This document shows, piece by piece, positions 1-9,088 of a stretch of 64,000 nucleotides of DNA. The translations under genes and the position numbers were made by a program. Location of the stretch: the NCBI RefSeq assembly GCF_031179385.1, contig NZ_JAPSHV010000002.1, positions 33,486 to 97,485 of the forward strand, given 5' to 3'. Each line of letters begins with the position of its first letter. Position 1 is the first letter of the stretch. The notes beneath the pieces are model-generated. The model ran no database searches. It worked only from the letters and a program-made list of their open reading frames with translations, and was not told the DNA's origin. This DNA is from Arthrobacter sp. (GTDB lineage: Bacteria > Actinomycetota > Actinomycetes > Actinomycetales > Micrococcaceae).

Positions 1-273
1 CTTGCCATCAAGCGTCGGATCAGCGGCGTCACGCCGGAGCCAGGGGCATGGACGGTGCTGGGCGGGCAGCGGTTCAAGCTCGGCCCGGTTCGGCTCCGCC
101 CCGACGTTTCAGACGTTCCGCCCGGCGTCGTTCTCGATAGGGATGGAGCGGTGCTGACAGGGACCGGATCACACGCCGTCGAACTGACGCTGGTTCAACC
201 AGCGGGACGCACCATGCTCGCCGCCCCCGAGTGGTTCCGCGGTGCACGTCGAGAGGATCTGGAATTCGAATGA
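1..273 (+). CDS. fmt: methionyl-tRNA formyltransferase, C-terminal part (truncated by window start)
   Basis: Frame 1 is open from base 1 (LAIKRRISGVTPEPGAWTVLGGQRFKLG...VELTLVQPAGRTMLAAPEWFRG), resembling the Fmt C-terminal domain. The stop overlaps the rsmB start (ATGA at 270-273). Confidence 0.85.
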   Translation, partial: LAIKRRISGVTPEPGAWTVLGGQRFKLGPVRLRPDVSDVPPGVVLDRDGAVLTGTGSHAVELTLVQPAGRTMLAAPEWFRGARREDLEFE

Positions 274-1769
274 CACCTGAACATCATCCCGGCGGTCAGA
301 GTCGGCGCAATGAGCGGGGACGGGAGCGCAATAGGTCGGGCGCCCGCAAGTTCTCGGCCACAGCGCCCTCCGAACGCACCAGGCGGGCCGATCCTGCGCG
401 GCTGGCAGCCTTTGAGGTTCTTCGAGCTGTTGCAGTTGATGATGCCTACGCCAACCTGGTACTGCCCAGCAGTATCCGCAAGCACCGCCTTGGCCGCCAG
501 GATGCCGGGTTCGCCACAGAACTGGCCTATGGCGCGCTGCGAGGCCAGGGCACCTACGACGCAATCCTTGCGTTGTGCGTCGACCGCCCGCTCGAGCAGC
601 TTGACCCGGCCGTTCTCGACGCCCTGCGCCTGGGAGTCCACCAGCTGATGGCCATGCGGGTGCCTCCGCACGCCGCCCTTGACCAGACAGTGGGCCTGGT
701 GCGGGCAGTGATTGGTGCGGGGCCTTCCTCCCTGACCAATGCGGTGCTTCGAAAGGTGTCACGCAAATCCTTCAGCGAGTGGATCGAGGTCCTCACCGAG
801 GGTGTTGAGGATCCCGTCCGGGCCAGCTCCCTGCGGCACAGCCACCCCGAGTGGATAGTCCGCACCATGAGGCAGAGCCTTGTAGGGCACGGGCGCCCCG
901 TTGCCGAAATCGATGACTTGCTGCAGGCAGACAACGCTGCTCCGATCGTCAACCTTGTCGCGTTGCCCGGTATTGGATCGCTCGACGAAGCTCTTGCGGC
1001 AGGCGCCCGTCCCGGAGAGCTCGTGGATGACTCCGCACTGTTCGCCGCCGGTGATGTAGGGCGGCTCGAGTCCGTGCGCTCCGGCGAGGTGAGGGTGCAG
1101 GACGCCGGCTCCCAGATCGTCGCGCGCGCGCTGGCCGCCGTCGAGCTCGACGCCCCATCAACGGTTAATGAGGAATGGCTGGACCTCTGCGCCGGACCCG
1201 GAGGAAAGTCGGCCCTGCTCGCTGCCATAGCTGCCCAACGCGGCCACAGCCTCGTCGCAAATGAGCCTGCAGAGCATCGCGCCGCGCTGGTCCGTCAGGC
1301 ACTTGCGGCTGTTGACCCGGCTGTATGGACCGTTCGCGTGGGTGACGGCCGCACTATCGGGGAGGCTTACCCGGACGGGTTCGACCGCATCCTCGTTGAC
1401 GCGCCGTGCACGGGACTGGGTGCGCTACGCCGCAGGCCCGAAGCCCGCTGGCGCCGCAAGCCCTCGGATCTTGCGGAACTGGGACCGCTGCAGCGCGCTC
1501 TGCTGGCTGAAGCCCTTGACACGGTCCGCCCGGGCGGCGTCGTGGCGTACGTCACCTGTTCACCGCACCCCGCCGAGACCACCGCCGTCGTTCAGGACGC
1601 ACTGCGCGGCAGGAAAGGTTTCGATCTTCTCGACGCTGGGGAAGTTCTTGACAGCGTGAGCAGGAGCAGTCCGCTTGGCGCAGGACACGAAAAAACCGCG
1701 CAGCTGTGGCCGCACATCCACGGCACGGACGCGATGTTCCTCGCCCTGATCCAGCGAAACGCGGACTGA
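270..1769 (+). CDS. rsmB: RsmB/Fmu (Sun) 16S rRNA m5C methyltransferase with N-terminal NusB-like domain
   Basis: SAM-binding DLCAGPGGKS; the two catalytic-Cys motifs DAPCTG and YVTCS; C-terminal QLWPHIHGTDAMF. Start moved to ATG 270, which overlaps the fmt stop. Confidence 0.93.
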   Translation: MTPEHHPGGQSRRNERGRERNRSGARKFSATAPSERTRRADPARLAAFEVLRAVAVDDAYANLVLPSSIRKHRLGRQDAGFATELAYGALRGQGTYDAILALCVDRPLEQLDPAVLDALRLGVHQLMAMRVPPHAALDQTVGLVRAVIGAGPSSLTNAVLRKVSRKSFSEWIEVLTEGVEDPVRASSLRHSHPEWIVRTMRQSLVGHGRPVAEIDDLLQADNAAPIVNLVALPGIGSLDEALAAGARPGELVDDSALFAAGDVGRLESVRSGEVRVQDAGSQIVARALAAVELDAPSTVNEEWLDLCAGPGGKSALLAAIAAQRGHSLVANEPAEHRAALVRQALAAVDPAVWTVRVGDGRTIGEAYPDGFDRILVDAPCTGLGALRRRPEARWRRKPSDLAELGPLQRALLAEALDTVRPGGVVAYVTCSPHPAETTAVVQDALRGRKGFDLLDAGEVLDSVSRSSPLGAGHEKTAQLWPHIHGTDAMFLALIQRNAD

Positions 1770-1805
1770 CATCCCACGGACGCCGTCCCTACTGAAAGGC
1801 CGAGT

Positions 1806-2459
1806 ATGAGCACCTGCTGTATCCACCCGAGCATCCTGTCCGCGGATTTCGTGAATCTACAGTCGGAACTCGAACGCATCGCCACGGCCGACGCAGTTCA
1901 CGTGGACGTGATGGACAACAGCTTCGTTCCGAATCTGACCCTTGGACTTCCGGTGGTGAAGCGGATTCAGGCAGTCGCTCCAGTGCCCCTGGACATACAC
2001 CTCATGATTAACGACGCCGACCGATGGGCGCCCGAATACGCCGCCGTGGGTGCCGCCTCCGTGACCTTCCATGCAGAAGCGGCTCAGGCGCCCATCCGCC
2101 TGGCGCGCGAATTGCGTTCGGTTGGAGCACGGGCAGGCATGGCACTTCGACCGGCGACCGCCGTCGAGCCCTACCTCGACATGCTTGGCGAACTGGACAT
2201 GCTCCTGATCATGACCGTGGAGCCCGGGTTCGGGGGGCAGTCCTTCCTGGACGTGACCCTTCCGAAGATTCGGCGCGCCGCCGAGGCCGTTCGTGGAGCG
2301 GATCTTCCCGTCGCGATTCAGGTGGACGGCGGTATCACGGAAGAGACCATCGTCCGTGCAGCCGAAGCTGGAGCGACGGTTTTCGTCGCCGGTTCTTCGG
2401 TCTACGGCGCTGATGACCCAGCCGCCGCCATAGCAGCCCTGAGGCGGGCGGCGTCCTGA
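1806..2459 (+). CDS. rpe: ribulose-phosphate 3-epimerase
   Basis: [32 protein letters not shown] and VDGGI motifs. Confidence 0.97.
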   Translation: MSTCCIHPSILSADFVNLQSELERIATADAVHVDVMDNSFVPNLTLGLPVVKRIQAVAPVPLDIHLMINDADRWAPEYAAVGAASVTFHAEAAQAPIRLARELRSVGARAGMALRPATAVEPYLDMLGELDMLLIMTVEPGFGGQSFLDVTLPKIRRAAEAVRGADLPVAIQVDGGITEETIVRAAEAGATVFVAGSSVYGADDPAAAIAALRRAAS

Positions 2460-2492
2460 TTCGGGTAGGCGAGGGTGCTGTCTGTCACGGCA

Positions 2493-3167
2493 TCAGTCGG
2501 GAATGTTCGTCAGGGTAATTCGCACGGCTTGCGTGTCCGCCGCAGCCCGGCGAAGCACGTCCTGCCGCGGATCGGGAACCGGCAACAGCGGGAGGCGGGG
2601 GAGCGGGCGGTAGCGCACCAAGGCGCCGTCGGCGAGGCATTCCGAGAAGAGCTTGGCATCTCCGCCAGGCTGCAGACAGTCCGGCGGATTGTCTGCGAAG
2701 AGTGCCGCCGCACGCTGGGCCGTCGTGCTGACCAGAAAGTCCGCCTGGTTCTCCCTGCGACGCGCGAACCGTTGCTGTGACCACCCGCCGGCGGCAGTTC
2801 TGGACTGGACGTAGCGTGTGCCGTTCTTGGAGGAGATGAGGGCGCCGTCGCGGGCGACGCCGACGCCGTAACCACCACGCCGTATCAGGATCAGGCCCAC
2901 CGTCCGCGGCGCCAGGGCGCGGTGAACCACTTCGCTCACGGCCGTCTCGGTCTCGCAGGGGACCATATCACCCACAGTGAGCCCGCCAGTATCGGTCGTC
3001 AGGGGTGCAGCAACCAAGGCCGTACATCCGTTTTCCGCTTCGAGGACGAATGTTCCGGGCAGAGCTGGGCTACGGGTGGTGTGGAATGGCCCGTTTCGCT
3101 CACCGAAGCGGCGGACCCATCCCGTCAGCCGCTCGGGCGGGACCAGAACCGAGCGGTTGTCCTGCAC
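2493..3167 (-). CDS. acVLRF1-family (actinobacterial Vms1-like release factor) putative peptidyl-tRNA hydrolase
   Basis: RGGYGVG...[25 protein letters not shown], the VLRF1 catalytic-loop signature (GGxSQ followed by RxxRRR). GGGAGG RBS before GTG 3167. Confidence 0.85.
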   Translation of the reverse strand: MQDNRSVLVPPERLTGWVRRFGERNGPFHTTRSPALPGTFVLEAENGCTALVAAPLTTDTGGLTVGDMVPCETETAVSEVVHRALAPRTVGLILIRRGGYGVGVARDGALISSKNGTRYVQSRTAAGGWSQQRFARRRENQADFLVSTTAQRAAALFADNPPDCLQPGGDAKLFSECLADGALVRYRPLPRLPLLPVPDPRQDVLRRAAADTQAVRITLTNIPD

Positions 3168-3206
3168 TCTGCCTCCCTGATTGCTGGCCGAAGCTGTCAG
3201 TGGATC

Positions 3207-3216
3207 ACAGTAGCCT
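3207..3216. promoter_or_regulatory. overlapping back-to-back -10 elements (TACTGT on minus at 3212-3207 for acVLRF1; TAGCCT on plus at 3211-3216 for rarA)
   Basis: Both match the actinobacterial TANNNT consensus. TAGCCT lies 7 nt before the rarA GTG start, which is leaderless geometry. Confidence 0.5.
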
Positions 3217-3223
3217 TGGCTGT

Positions 3224-4648
3224 GTGAATGACCTATTCAGCCTTGATGCGGACGGCTTTGACGAGTCCGTCAGTGCCGGTCGAAGTGAGCGGAACCGTCT
3301 CCGAAGCCCCCTGCCGGTGCGCATGCGGCCGCGAACGGTGGATGAGATCGTGGGTCAGCAGCATCTCCTGGGCGCCGGATCGCCCTTGCGCACGCTGGCC
3401 GGTGGTGAGCCGGCGGCACGGACGGGGGCTCCGACGTCGGTCATTCTCTGGGGTCCGCCAGGGACCGGGAAGACAACACTGGCGCATGTTATTGCAAGGG
3501 GCCCGGGCCGCAAATTCGTTGAGCTTTCCGCTATCACTGCGGGTGTCAAGGATGTGCGCAGGGTGATGGATGAGGCGCTGTCCAATCGTGATCTGCACCG
3601 CATCACAACGGTGCTCTTCCTCGATGAGATCCATCGGTTCAACAAGGCACAGCAGGACGCTCTCCTGCCGGGAGTGGAGAACGGGTGGGTGGTGCTGATT
3701 GCGGCCACCACGGAGAATCCTTCGTTCTCGGTGGTATCCCCTCTGCTTTCTCGCTCATTACTGCAGACGCTCAAGCCCCTGACCGAGAATGACATCAGAT
3801 CCCTGCTCCAGCGGGCGGTGGATGACCCGCGGGGACTCAGCGGGGAGGTCGCAATTGACGATGATGCCCTGGACCACCTCGTCCGGCTCGCTGCCGGCGA
3901 TGCCCGCCGTGGGTTGACGGCACTCGAGGCCGCTGCCGGAGTAGCGCAGTCCGAGGAGCAGTCCAAAGAGCCGGAGGAAGATCATCCGCTTGATGGGGAC
4001 GGACGAGGAGTCGTGCGCATCACCCTGGAGCACGCCGAAAAAGCCGTCGACGTCGCCGCCCTGCGCTACGACCGCGCGGGCGATCAGCATTACGACGTGG
4101 TGAGCGCGTTCATCAAGTCGCTGCGCGGGTCCGATGTGGACGCCGCATTACACTATCTGGCGCGCATGCTCGAATCAGGTGAAGACCCTCGTTTCGTCGC
4201 GCGCAGGCTGATGATCTCTGCTGCCGAGGACGTTGGCATGGCTGATCCCACCGCCCTGCAAACTGCTGTGGCAGCTGCACAGGCGGTGCAGCTGATCGGT
4301 ATGCCGGAAGGTCGGATCATCCTCGCCGAGGCAGTGGTTCACATCGCCACCTCACCCAAGTCGAACGCCGCCTACAACGGGATCAACCGCGCCATCGCGG
4401 ACGTGCGCGCAGGCAAGGGGCAGGGCATCCCCGCGCATCTTCGTGACGCGCACTACCCCGGGGCCAGTCAGCTGGGTCACGGCAAGGGGTACGTCTATTC
4501 GCACGATGAACCCCACGGCATCGCCGCCCAGCAGTACGCGCCCGATGACCTCGTGGGAACGGATTACTACATACCCACGGACAGGGGCGCCGAGCGGGCT
4601 GTGGCCGGACGGCTCGAGAAACTGCGCGCCATTATTCGGAACGGCTGA
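3224..4648 (+). CDS. rarA: replication-associated recombination protein A (RarA/MgsA AAA+ ATPase)
   Basis: PLPVRMRP, Walker [44 protein letters not shown] and PAHLRDAHY. Start chosen at GTG 3224 (VNDLF); the track ORF starts at 3005. Confidence 0.95.
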   Translation: MNDLFSLDADGFDESVSAGRSERNRLRSPLPVRMRPRTVDEIVGQQHLLGAGSPLRTLAGGEPAARTGAPTSVILWGPPGTGKTTLAHVIARGPGRKFVELSAITAGVKDVRRVMDEALSNRDLHRITTVLFLDEIHRFNKAQQDALLPGVENGWVVLIAATTENPSFSVVSPLLSRSLLQTLKPLTENDIRSLLQRAVDDPRGLSGEVAIDDDALDHLVRLAAGDARRGLTALEAAAGVAQSEEQSKEPEEDHPLDGDGRGVVRITLEHAEKAVDVAALRYDRAGDQHYDVVSAFIKSLRGSDVDAALHYLARMLESGEDPRFVARRLMISAAEDVGMADPTALQTAVAAAQAVQLIGMPEGRIILAEAVVHIATSPKSNAAYNGINRAIADVRAGKGQGIPAHLRDAHYPGASQLGHGKGYVYSHDEPHGIAAQQYAPDDLVGTDYYIPTDRGAERAVAGRLEKLRAIIRNG

Positions 4649-4652
4649 GCAC

Positions 4653-4661
4653 TGCTAGGAT
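4653..4661 (+). promoter_or_regulatory. extended -10 promoter for rpsD (TGcTAGGAT)
   Basis: TGn+TANNNT directly after the rarA stop, implying a transcription start near 4668. Confidence 0.55.
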
Positions 4662-4667
4662 TGTTCG

Positions 4668-4891
4668 TTGACTGGCAAGTCGCGGCTCACCCATGCCCGC
4701 CCTTCAATTGCCCGGATCGGCTCCGCCGATCCTTCGGCGGCAGCGGCGGACAAGGTGCAGACCCGCGAACTGTAGTACCGGAAAGCGGCCCCTTCCGGCT
4801 CTCCGAACGTGGAGGCCAGCGACACAAGAAAGAGATCCGGCGGCACATTGCCGCCAGGATCTGCTTTGCCGCAAAACAGTGAAAGGTAAAC
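4668..4891 (+). ncRNA. long structured 5' leader of rpsD (candidate S4 autoregulatory element)
   Basis: About 220 nt with stems at 4723-4729/4734-4740, 4778-4783/4793-4798, 4801-4804/4811-4814 and 4833-4845/4849-4862, then a GAAAGG RBS. Function is inferred. Confidence 0.45.
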
Positions 4892-5518
4892 GTGGCTAAC
4901 AACACACGTGCCCGCCGCAAGGTCCGCATCTCGCGGGCCCTCGGCATTGCTCTGACCCCCAAGGCTGAAAAGTACCTGGAGCGTCGTCCGTACGCACCCG
5001 GTCAGCACGGCCGTTCGCGTCGCAAGCAGGACAGTGACTACGCAGTACGCCTGCGCGAGAAGCAGCGTCTGCGCGCACAGTACGGCATCCGTGAAGCACA
5101 GATGACCCGTGTCTTCGAAGAAGCCCGCCGTACCGCCGGTCTGACCGGTGAAAACCTGATCGAACTGCTCGAGATGCGTCTCGACGCTCTCGTGCTGCGC
5201 GCTGGTTTCGCACGCACCATCGCCCAGGCGCGTCAGCTCGTGGTTCACCGCCACATCATGGTTGACGGTGCACGCGTGGACCGCCCGTCCTTCCGCGTCA
5301 GCGAAGGCCAGCTCATCCACGTGCACAGCCGCAGCGAGACCATGGTTCCGCTGCAGGTTGCCGCCGCAGGTGCCCACCGCGATGTTCTTCCCGCCGTTCC
5401 CGGCTACCTCGACGTTCAGCTCGAGAAGCTCCAGGCACGTCTGGTTCGCCGCCCCAAGCGCTCCGAGGTCCCCGTGACCTGTGAAGAGCAGCTCGTGGTC
5501 GAATACTACGCACGCTGA
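4892..5518 (+). CDS. rpsD: 30S ribosomal protein S4
   Basis: RRPYAPGQHG, SDYAVRLREKQRLRAQYG, LLEMRLD and ARQLVVHRHIMVDG (S4 domain). Confidence 0.99.
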   Translation: MANNTRARRKVRISRALGIALTPKAEKYLERRPYAPGQHGRSRRKQDSDYAVRLREKQRLRAQYGIREAQMTRVFEEARRTAGLTGENLIELLEMRLDALVLRAGFARTIAQARQLVVHRHIMVDGARVDRPSFRVSEGQLIHVHSRSETMVPLQVAAAGAHRDVLPAVPGYLDVQLEKLQARLVRRPKRSEVPVTCEEQLVVEYYAR

Positions 5519-5566
5519 TTCAGCGCCGTTTACGGCGTTTCGGCAGTACAACTGAACATCAGTTAT

Positions 5567-5600
5567 TCAAGAGCCCGCGGCGCACGCCGCGGGCTCTTGA
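5567..5600 (+). terminator. rpsD terminator-like perfect inverted repeat
   Basis: TCAAGAGCCCGCGGCG-ca-CGCCGCGGGCTCTTGA, about 50 nt after the rpsD stop. Confidence 0.8.
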
Positions 5601-5671
5601 GTAGGTAAGGTACATAGGGGATTGCGGGCGCCCGTCCGTCCACAGCGCGAAGGTTAAGGAGTTGTTCACGA

Positions 5672-6046
5672 ATGTCAGGTGGAGAAATCGCCGGGCTCAT
5701 TGCCGCCGGAGTTTTTGCAGTGCTGGTTGCGCTGCTCGCCATTCCGGTGTGGAAGCTCGGAAAAGTCTTCGACGAACTCCGCCAGGCCATCCGATCCGTC
5801 AGCGAGGGCACGACCCCACTGATCGACGAGGTCACCAGCACAGTGACTACGACCCACCAACAGCTGAAGCACGTCGATGGCATCACGTCGAACGTTTCGG
5901 ACGCATCCGCCAATATTTCCGCACTCTCCTCGCTCGTCGCCGCAACAGTGGGCTCGCCGCTGATCAAGGTGGCGGCTTTCTCCTATGGCGTGCGCAGCGC
6001 GCTGGCTTCCCGGCGCAAGCCGGCTTCCCGCCGTCGTAGTCGCTGA
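5672..6046 (+). CDS. DUF948-like membrane protein (N-terminal TM helix plus coiled coil)
   Basis: MSGGEIAGLIAAGVFAVLVALLAIPVWKLG followed by a heptad-like helical region. AAGGAG RBS. Confidence 0.8.
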   Translation: MSGGEIAGLIAAGVFAVLVALLAIPVWKLGKVFDELRQAIRSVSEGTTPLIDEVTSTVTTTHQQLKHVDGITSNVSDASANISALSSLVAATVGSPLIKVAAFSYGVRSALASRRKPASRRRSR

Positions 6047-6095
6047 ACTCCGGCTGCCCGTCCAAGACGCACGCACAACAGACGAGGATTTCTTG

Positions 6096-6323
6096 ATGAT
6101 CAAGAGGGTTTTCTGGCTCGCGGCAGGCGCTGCCATCGGTGTAGTAGCTGTACGCAAGGTCGCCGCGATGAGGTCGGCTGTCGGTCCTGAGGGGCTCAAC
6201 CGCGCCGTCGCGCAGCTCACCGACAGCGTCGCCGACTTCGCTGACGCACTCCGCCAGGGAATGCAGGAACGTGAGACGGACCTGCGCACCGCCCTGGGAA
6301 TCGACTCAGAGCCCCGTCCGTGA
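6096..6323 (+). CDS. small conserved membrane-anchored protein (75 aa; DUF6167-like)
   Basis: MIKRVFWLAAGAAIGVVAVRKV...FADALRQGMQERETDLRTALG. GAGG RBS. Lies between the DUF948 gene and alaS. Confidence 0.7.
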   Translation: MIKRVFWLAAGAAIGVVAVRKVAAMRSAVGPEGLNRAVAQLTDSVADFADALRQGMQERETDLRTALGIDSEPRP

Positions 6324-6393
6324 CGGCAGATCACGCCCGCCCCCAAAGACACCGCCTCTGCGCACCGTTCGCACGCAACACCGAAGGATCCCC

Positions 6394-9072
6394 ATGAAGT
6401 CGCAAGAGATCGCCCGTCGCTGGCTTGACTACTTCGAAGGGCAGGGGCACACCCGCGTGCCGTCTGCCTCGCTCGTTTCCAGCGATCCGTCGCTGCTGTT
6501 CACCGTCGCCGGTATGGTCCCGTTCATTCCGTATCTGACGGCTCGGGAAGTGCCCCCCTACAGCCGCGCAACCAGCATCCAGAAGTGCATCCGCACCGCC
6601 GATATTGAAGAGGTCGGAAAGACCGCGCGTCACGGCACCTTCTTCCAGATGTGCGGAAACTTCTCCTTCGGAGACTATTTCAAGCAGAACGCAATCCGGA
6701 TGGCGTGGGAGCTCCTGACCAGCAGTGTCGAGGACGGCGGTTTCGGTCTGCCTGCTGACCGGCTGTGGGTCACTGTCTACCAGGACGACGACGAGGCACT
6801 GGCCATCTGGCGCGACGAGGTCGGTTTCCCCGTTGAGCGAATCCAGAAGTTCGGCAAGAAGGACAACTACTGGAATACCGGGCAGCCGGGTCCGGGCGGA
6901 CCGTGCTCCGAGATCTTCTACGACCGTGGTGCTCAATACGGCAAGGACGGCGGGCCGGAGGCAGACGAAGACCGCTACATCGAAATCTGGAACCTCGTCT
7001 TCATGCAGTACCGGCTGTCAGCAGTGCGCAGCAAGGACGACTTCGACGTTGCAGGTGAGCTGCCGCAAAAGAACATCGACACGGGCCTCGGCCTGGAGCG
7101 ACTCGCGATGGTCCTCCAGGGCGTTGAGAACATGTACGAGACCGACCAGGTCCGTCCCGTCCTGGACAAGGCCGCGGAACTCTCGGGTCGCGAATACACC
7201 AGTGCAGAATCCGACGACGACCCTCACCACCAGGACGATGTACGGATGCGGGTCGTGGCTGACCACGTGCGCTCTGCCCTGATGCTGATCACGGACGGCG
7301 TGACTCCTTCCAACGAAGGTCGCGGCTATGTCCTCCGCCGCCTGATCCGCCGTGCCGTACGCGCTATGCGCCTCCTCGGCGTCGAGAAGGCGTGCCTGCC
7401 CGACCTCCTGCCCGTCTCCCGCGACGCGATGAAGGGCGTCTACCCGGAGGTCGAGCGCGACTTCGAACGCATCAGCCGCATCGCCTACGGAGAAGAGAAG
7501 GCGTTCCTGCGCACCATCGCTTCCGGAACCGCGCGACTCGAGGAAGCCGTGCGGGAGTCCAAGACCGCAGGGCGTGCACTGTCCGGCGATGAGGCCTTCA
7601 GCCTTCACGACACCTACGGATTCCCCATCGATCTCACGCTTGAAATGGCTGAAGAAGCCGGAGTAAAGGTTGATGCGGACGGTTTCCGCGCCCTGATGCT
7701 CGAGCAGCGCCAGCGCGCGCAGGCCGATGCACGCGGCAAGAAGGCCGGCCATGCAGACATGACGGTGTTCAACGAACTGCTGGCAACAGGCGAAACTGTC
7801 TTCACCGGTTACGACGAACTGACCACCGAAGCGGTGGTGCGCGGCATCATCAGCAACGGTGCGTCGGTGCCCGTGGCTCGGCAGGGCGAGGAAATCGAGC
7901 TCATTCTGGATCGCACGCCCTTCTATGCTGAAGCGGGCGGACAGGCTGCCGACGTCGGGCTGATCACCGGAAACGGCTTCTCGGTCGAGGTCACCGACGT
8001 TCAGCGGCCTATCAAGGGCCTCAGCGTGCACCGTGCCCTTGTGAGGGAGGGAGAGATCACCCAGGACGCGCTGGTGACAGCCGCCGTCGACCGTCAGCGC
8101 CGCCACGCGGGGGAGCAGGCCCACTCCGGAACGCACATCGTGCACGCGGCACTTCACCAGGTTCTGGGTCCCGAGGCGCTGCAGCGCGGTTCGTTCAACA
8201 AGGCCGGTTACCTCCGCTTCGACTTCTCCTGGGGCGAGGGCATCAGCTCCGCGGCGCGGTCTGAGATCGAGGAAGTATCGAATCTTGCGATCCGCAGCAA
8301 CCACACCGTCGAGACAAAGGTGATGGGCCTCGATGACGCCAAGGCTCTGGGCGCAACCGCACTATTCGGCGAGGCCTACGGAGACCGGGTGCGCGTCGTC
8401 GAGATTGACGGTGCCTGGTCGCGCGAGCTGTGCGGCGGCACACATGTCGAGTCGACGTCGCTCATCGGTACGCTGACCCTTCTGGGCGAGCAGTCGGTCG
8501 GTTCCGGCAACCGCCGTGTCGAGGCCCTCGTCGGCATGGACGCTTTCCGGCATGCGGCAGCCGAACGTGCGCTGGTTACGGAGCTGTCCGACATGCTGAA
8601 GGTGCCCGCTCCCCAGTTGCCCGAGCGTCTCAGCGCAACCCTCAACCGGTTGAAGGCCGCAGAAAAGGAATTGGAGCGCCTGCGCAAGGAGCAGCTTTCC
8701 AACGCCGCGGCGGCCCTGGTCAACACGGTCCAGGATGTTGACGGAGTCAGGCTGATCACGCACGACGCCGGCACCGTGGGCAGTGCTGATGACCTCCGCA
8801 ACCTCGCGCTCGACCTGCGTGGACGGTTGGGCTCGGGTGCCGCCGTTGTTGCTGTAGCCGGAGTCAGCAAGGATCGCCCGGTGGTCCTCGTGGTCACCAA
8901 TGACGAGGCACGCGGCGCGGGCGTCAAGGCGGGAGCCTTGGTGCGCACCGCGGCGGGCATTCTCGGCGGCGGCGGTGGCGGTAAGGATGACATGGCGCAG
9001 GGCGGCGGGTCGGATCCGGCGAAGGTACCTGCGGCTCTGGATTCCATCCGTGCTGCAGTCTCGGCACGGTAG
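6394..9072 (+). CDS. alaS: alanine--tRNA ligase
   Basis: LLFTVAGMVPF, RHGTFFQMCGNFSFGDYFK, IDTGLGLER, editing motifs HSGTH and ELCGGTH, C-terminal GGGGK...AQGGG. GAAGGA RBS before ATG 6394. Confidence 0.99.
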   Translation: MKSQEIARRWLDYFEGQGHTRVPSASLVSSDPSLLFTVAGMVPFIPYLTAREVPPYSRATSIQKCIRTADIEEVGKTARHGTFFQMCGNFSFGDYFKQNAIRMAWELLTSSVEDGGFGLPADRLWVTVYQDDDEALAIWRDEVGFPVERIQKFGKKDNYWNTGQPGPGGPCSEIFYDRGAQYGKDGGPEADEDRYIEIWNLVFMQYRLSAVRSKDDFDVAGELPQKNIDTGLGLERLAMVLQGVENMYETDQVRPVLDKAAELSGREYTSAESDDDPHHQDDVRMRVVADHVRSALMLITDGVTPSNEGRGYVLRRLIRRAVRAMRLLGVEKACLPDLLPVSRDAMKGVYPEVERDFERISRIAYGEEKAFLRTIASGTARLEEAVRESKTAGRALSGDEAFSLHDTYGFPIDLTLEMAEEAGVKVDADGFRALMLEQRQRAQADARGKKAGHADMTVFNELLATGETVFTGYDELTTEAVVRGIISNGASVPVARQGEEIELILDRTPFYAEAGGQAADVGLITGNGFSVEVTDVQRPIKGLSVHRALVREGEITQDALVTAAVDRQRRHAGEQAHSGTHIVHAALHQVLGPEALQRGSFNKAGYLRFDFSWGEGISSAARSEIEEVSNLAIRSNHTVETKVMGLDDAKALGATALFGEAYGDRVRVVEIDGAWSRELCGGTHVESTSLIGTLTLLGEQSVGSGNRRVEALVGMDAFRHAAAERALVTELSDMLKVPAPQLPERLSATLNRLKAAEKELERLRKEQLSNAAAALVNTVQDVDGVRLITHDAGTVGSADDLRNLALDLRGRLGSGAAVVAVAGVSKDRPVVLVVTNDEARGAGVKAGALVRTAAGILGGGGGGKDDMAQGGGSDPAKVPAALDSIRAAVSAR

Positions 9073-9088
9073 CCGGAGCTCCAGTCCC

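Noticed and set aside
4661-4882. 73-aa ORF in the rarA-rpsD gap
   Set aside because: Its TTG start lies inside the predicted -10 element, it has no SD and it has no recognisable features. The region is better explained as the rpsD leader.
6324-6393. Search for a T-box or attenuator before alaS
   Set aside because: The gap is only 70 nt, with no T-box bulge sequence, uORF or terminator.
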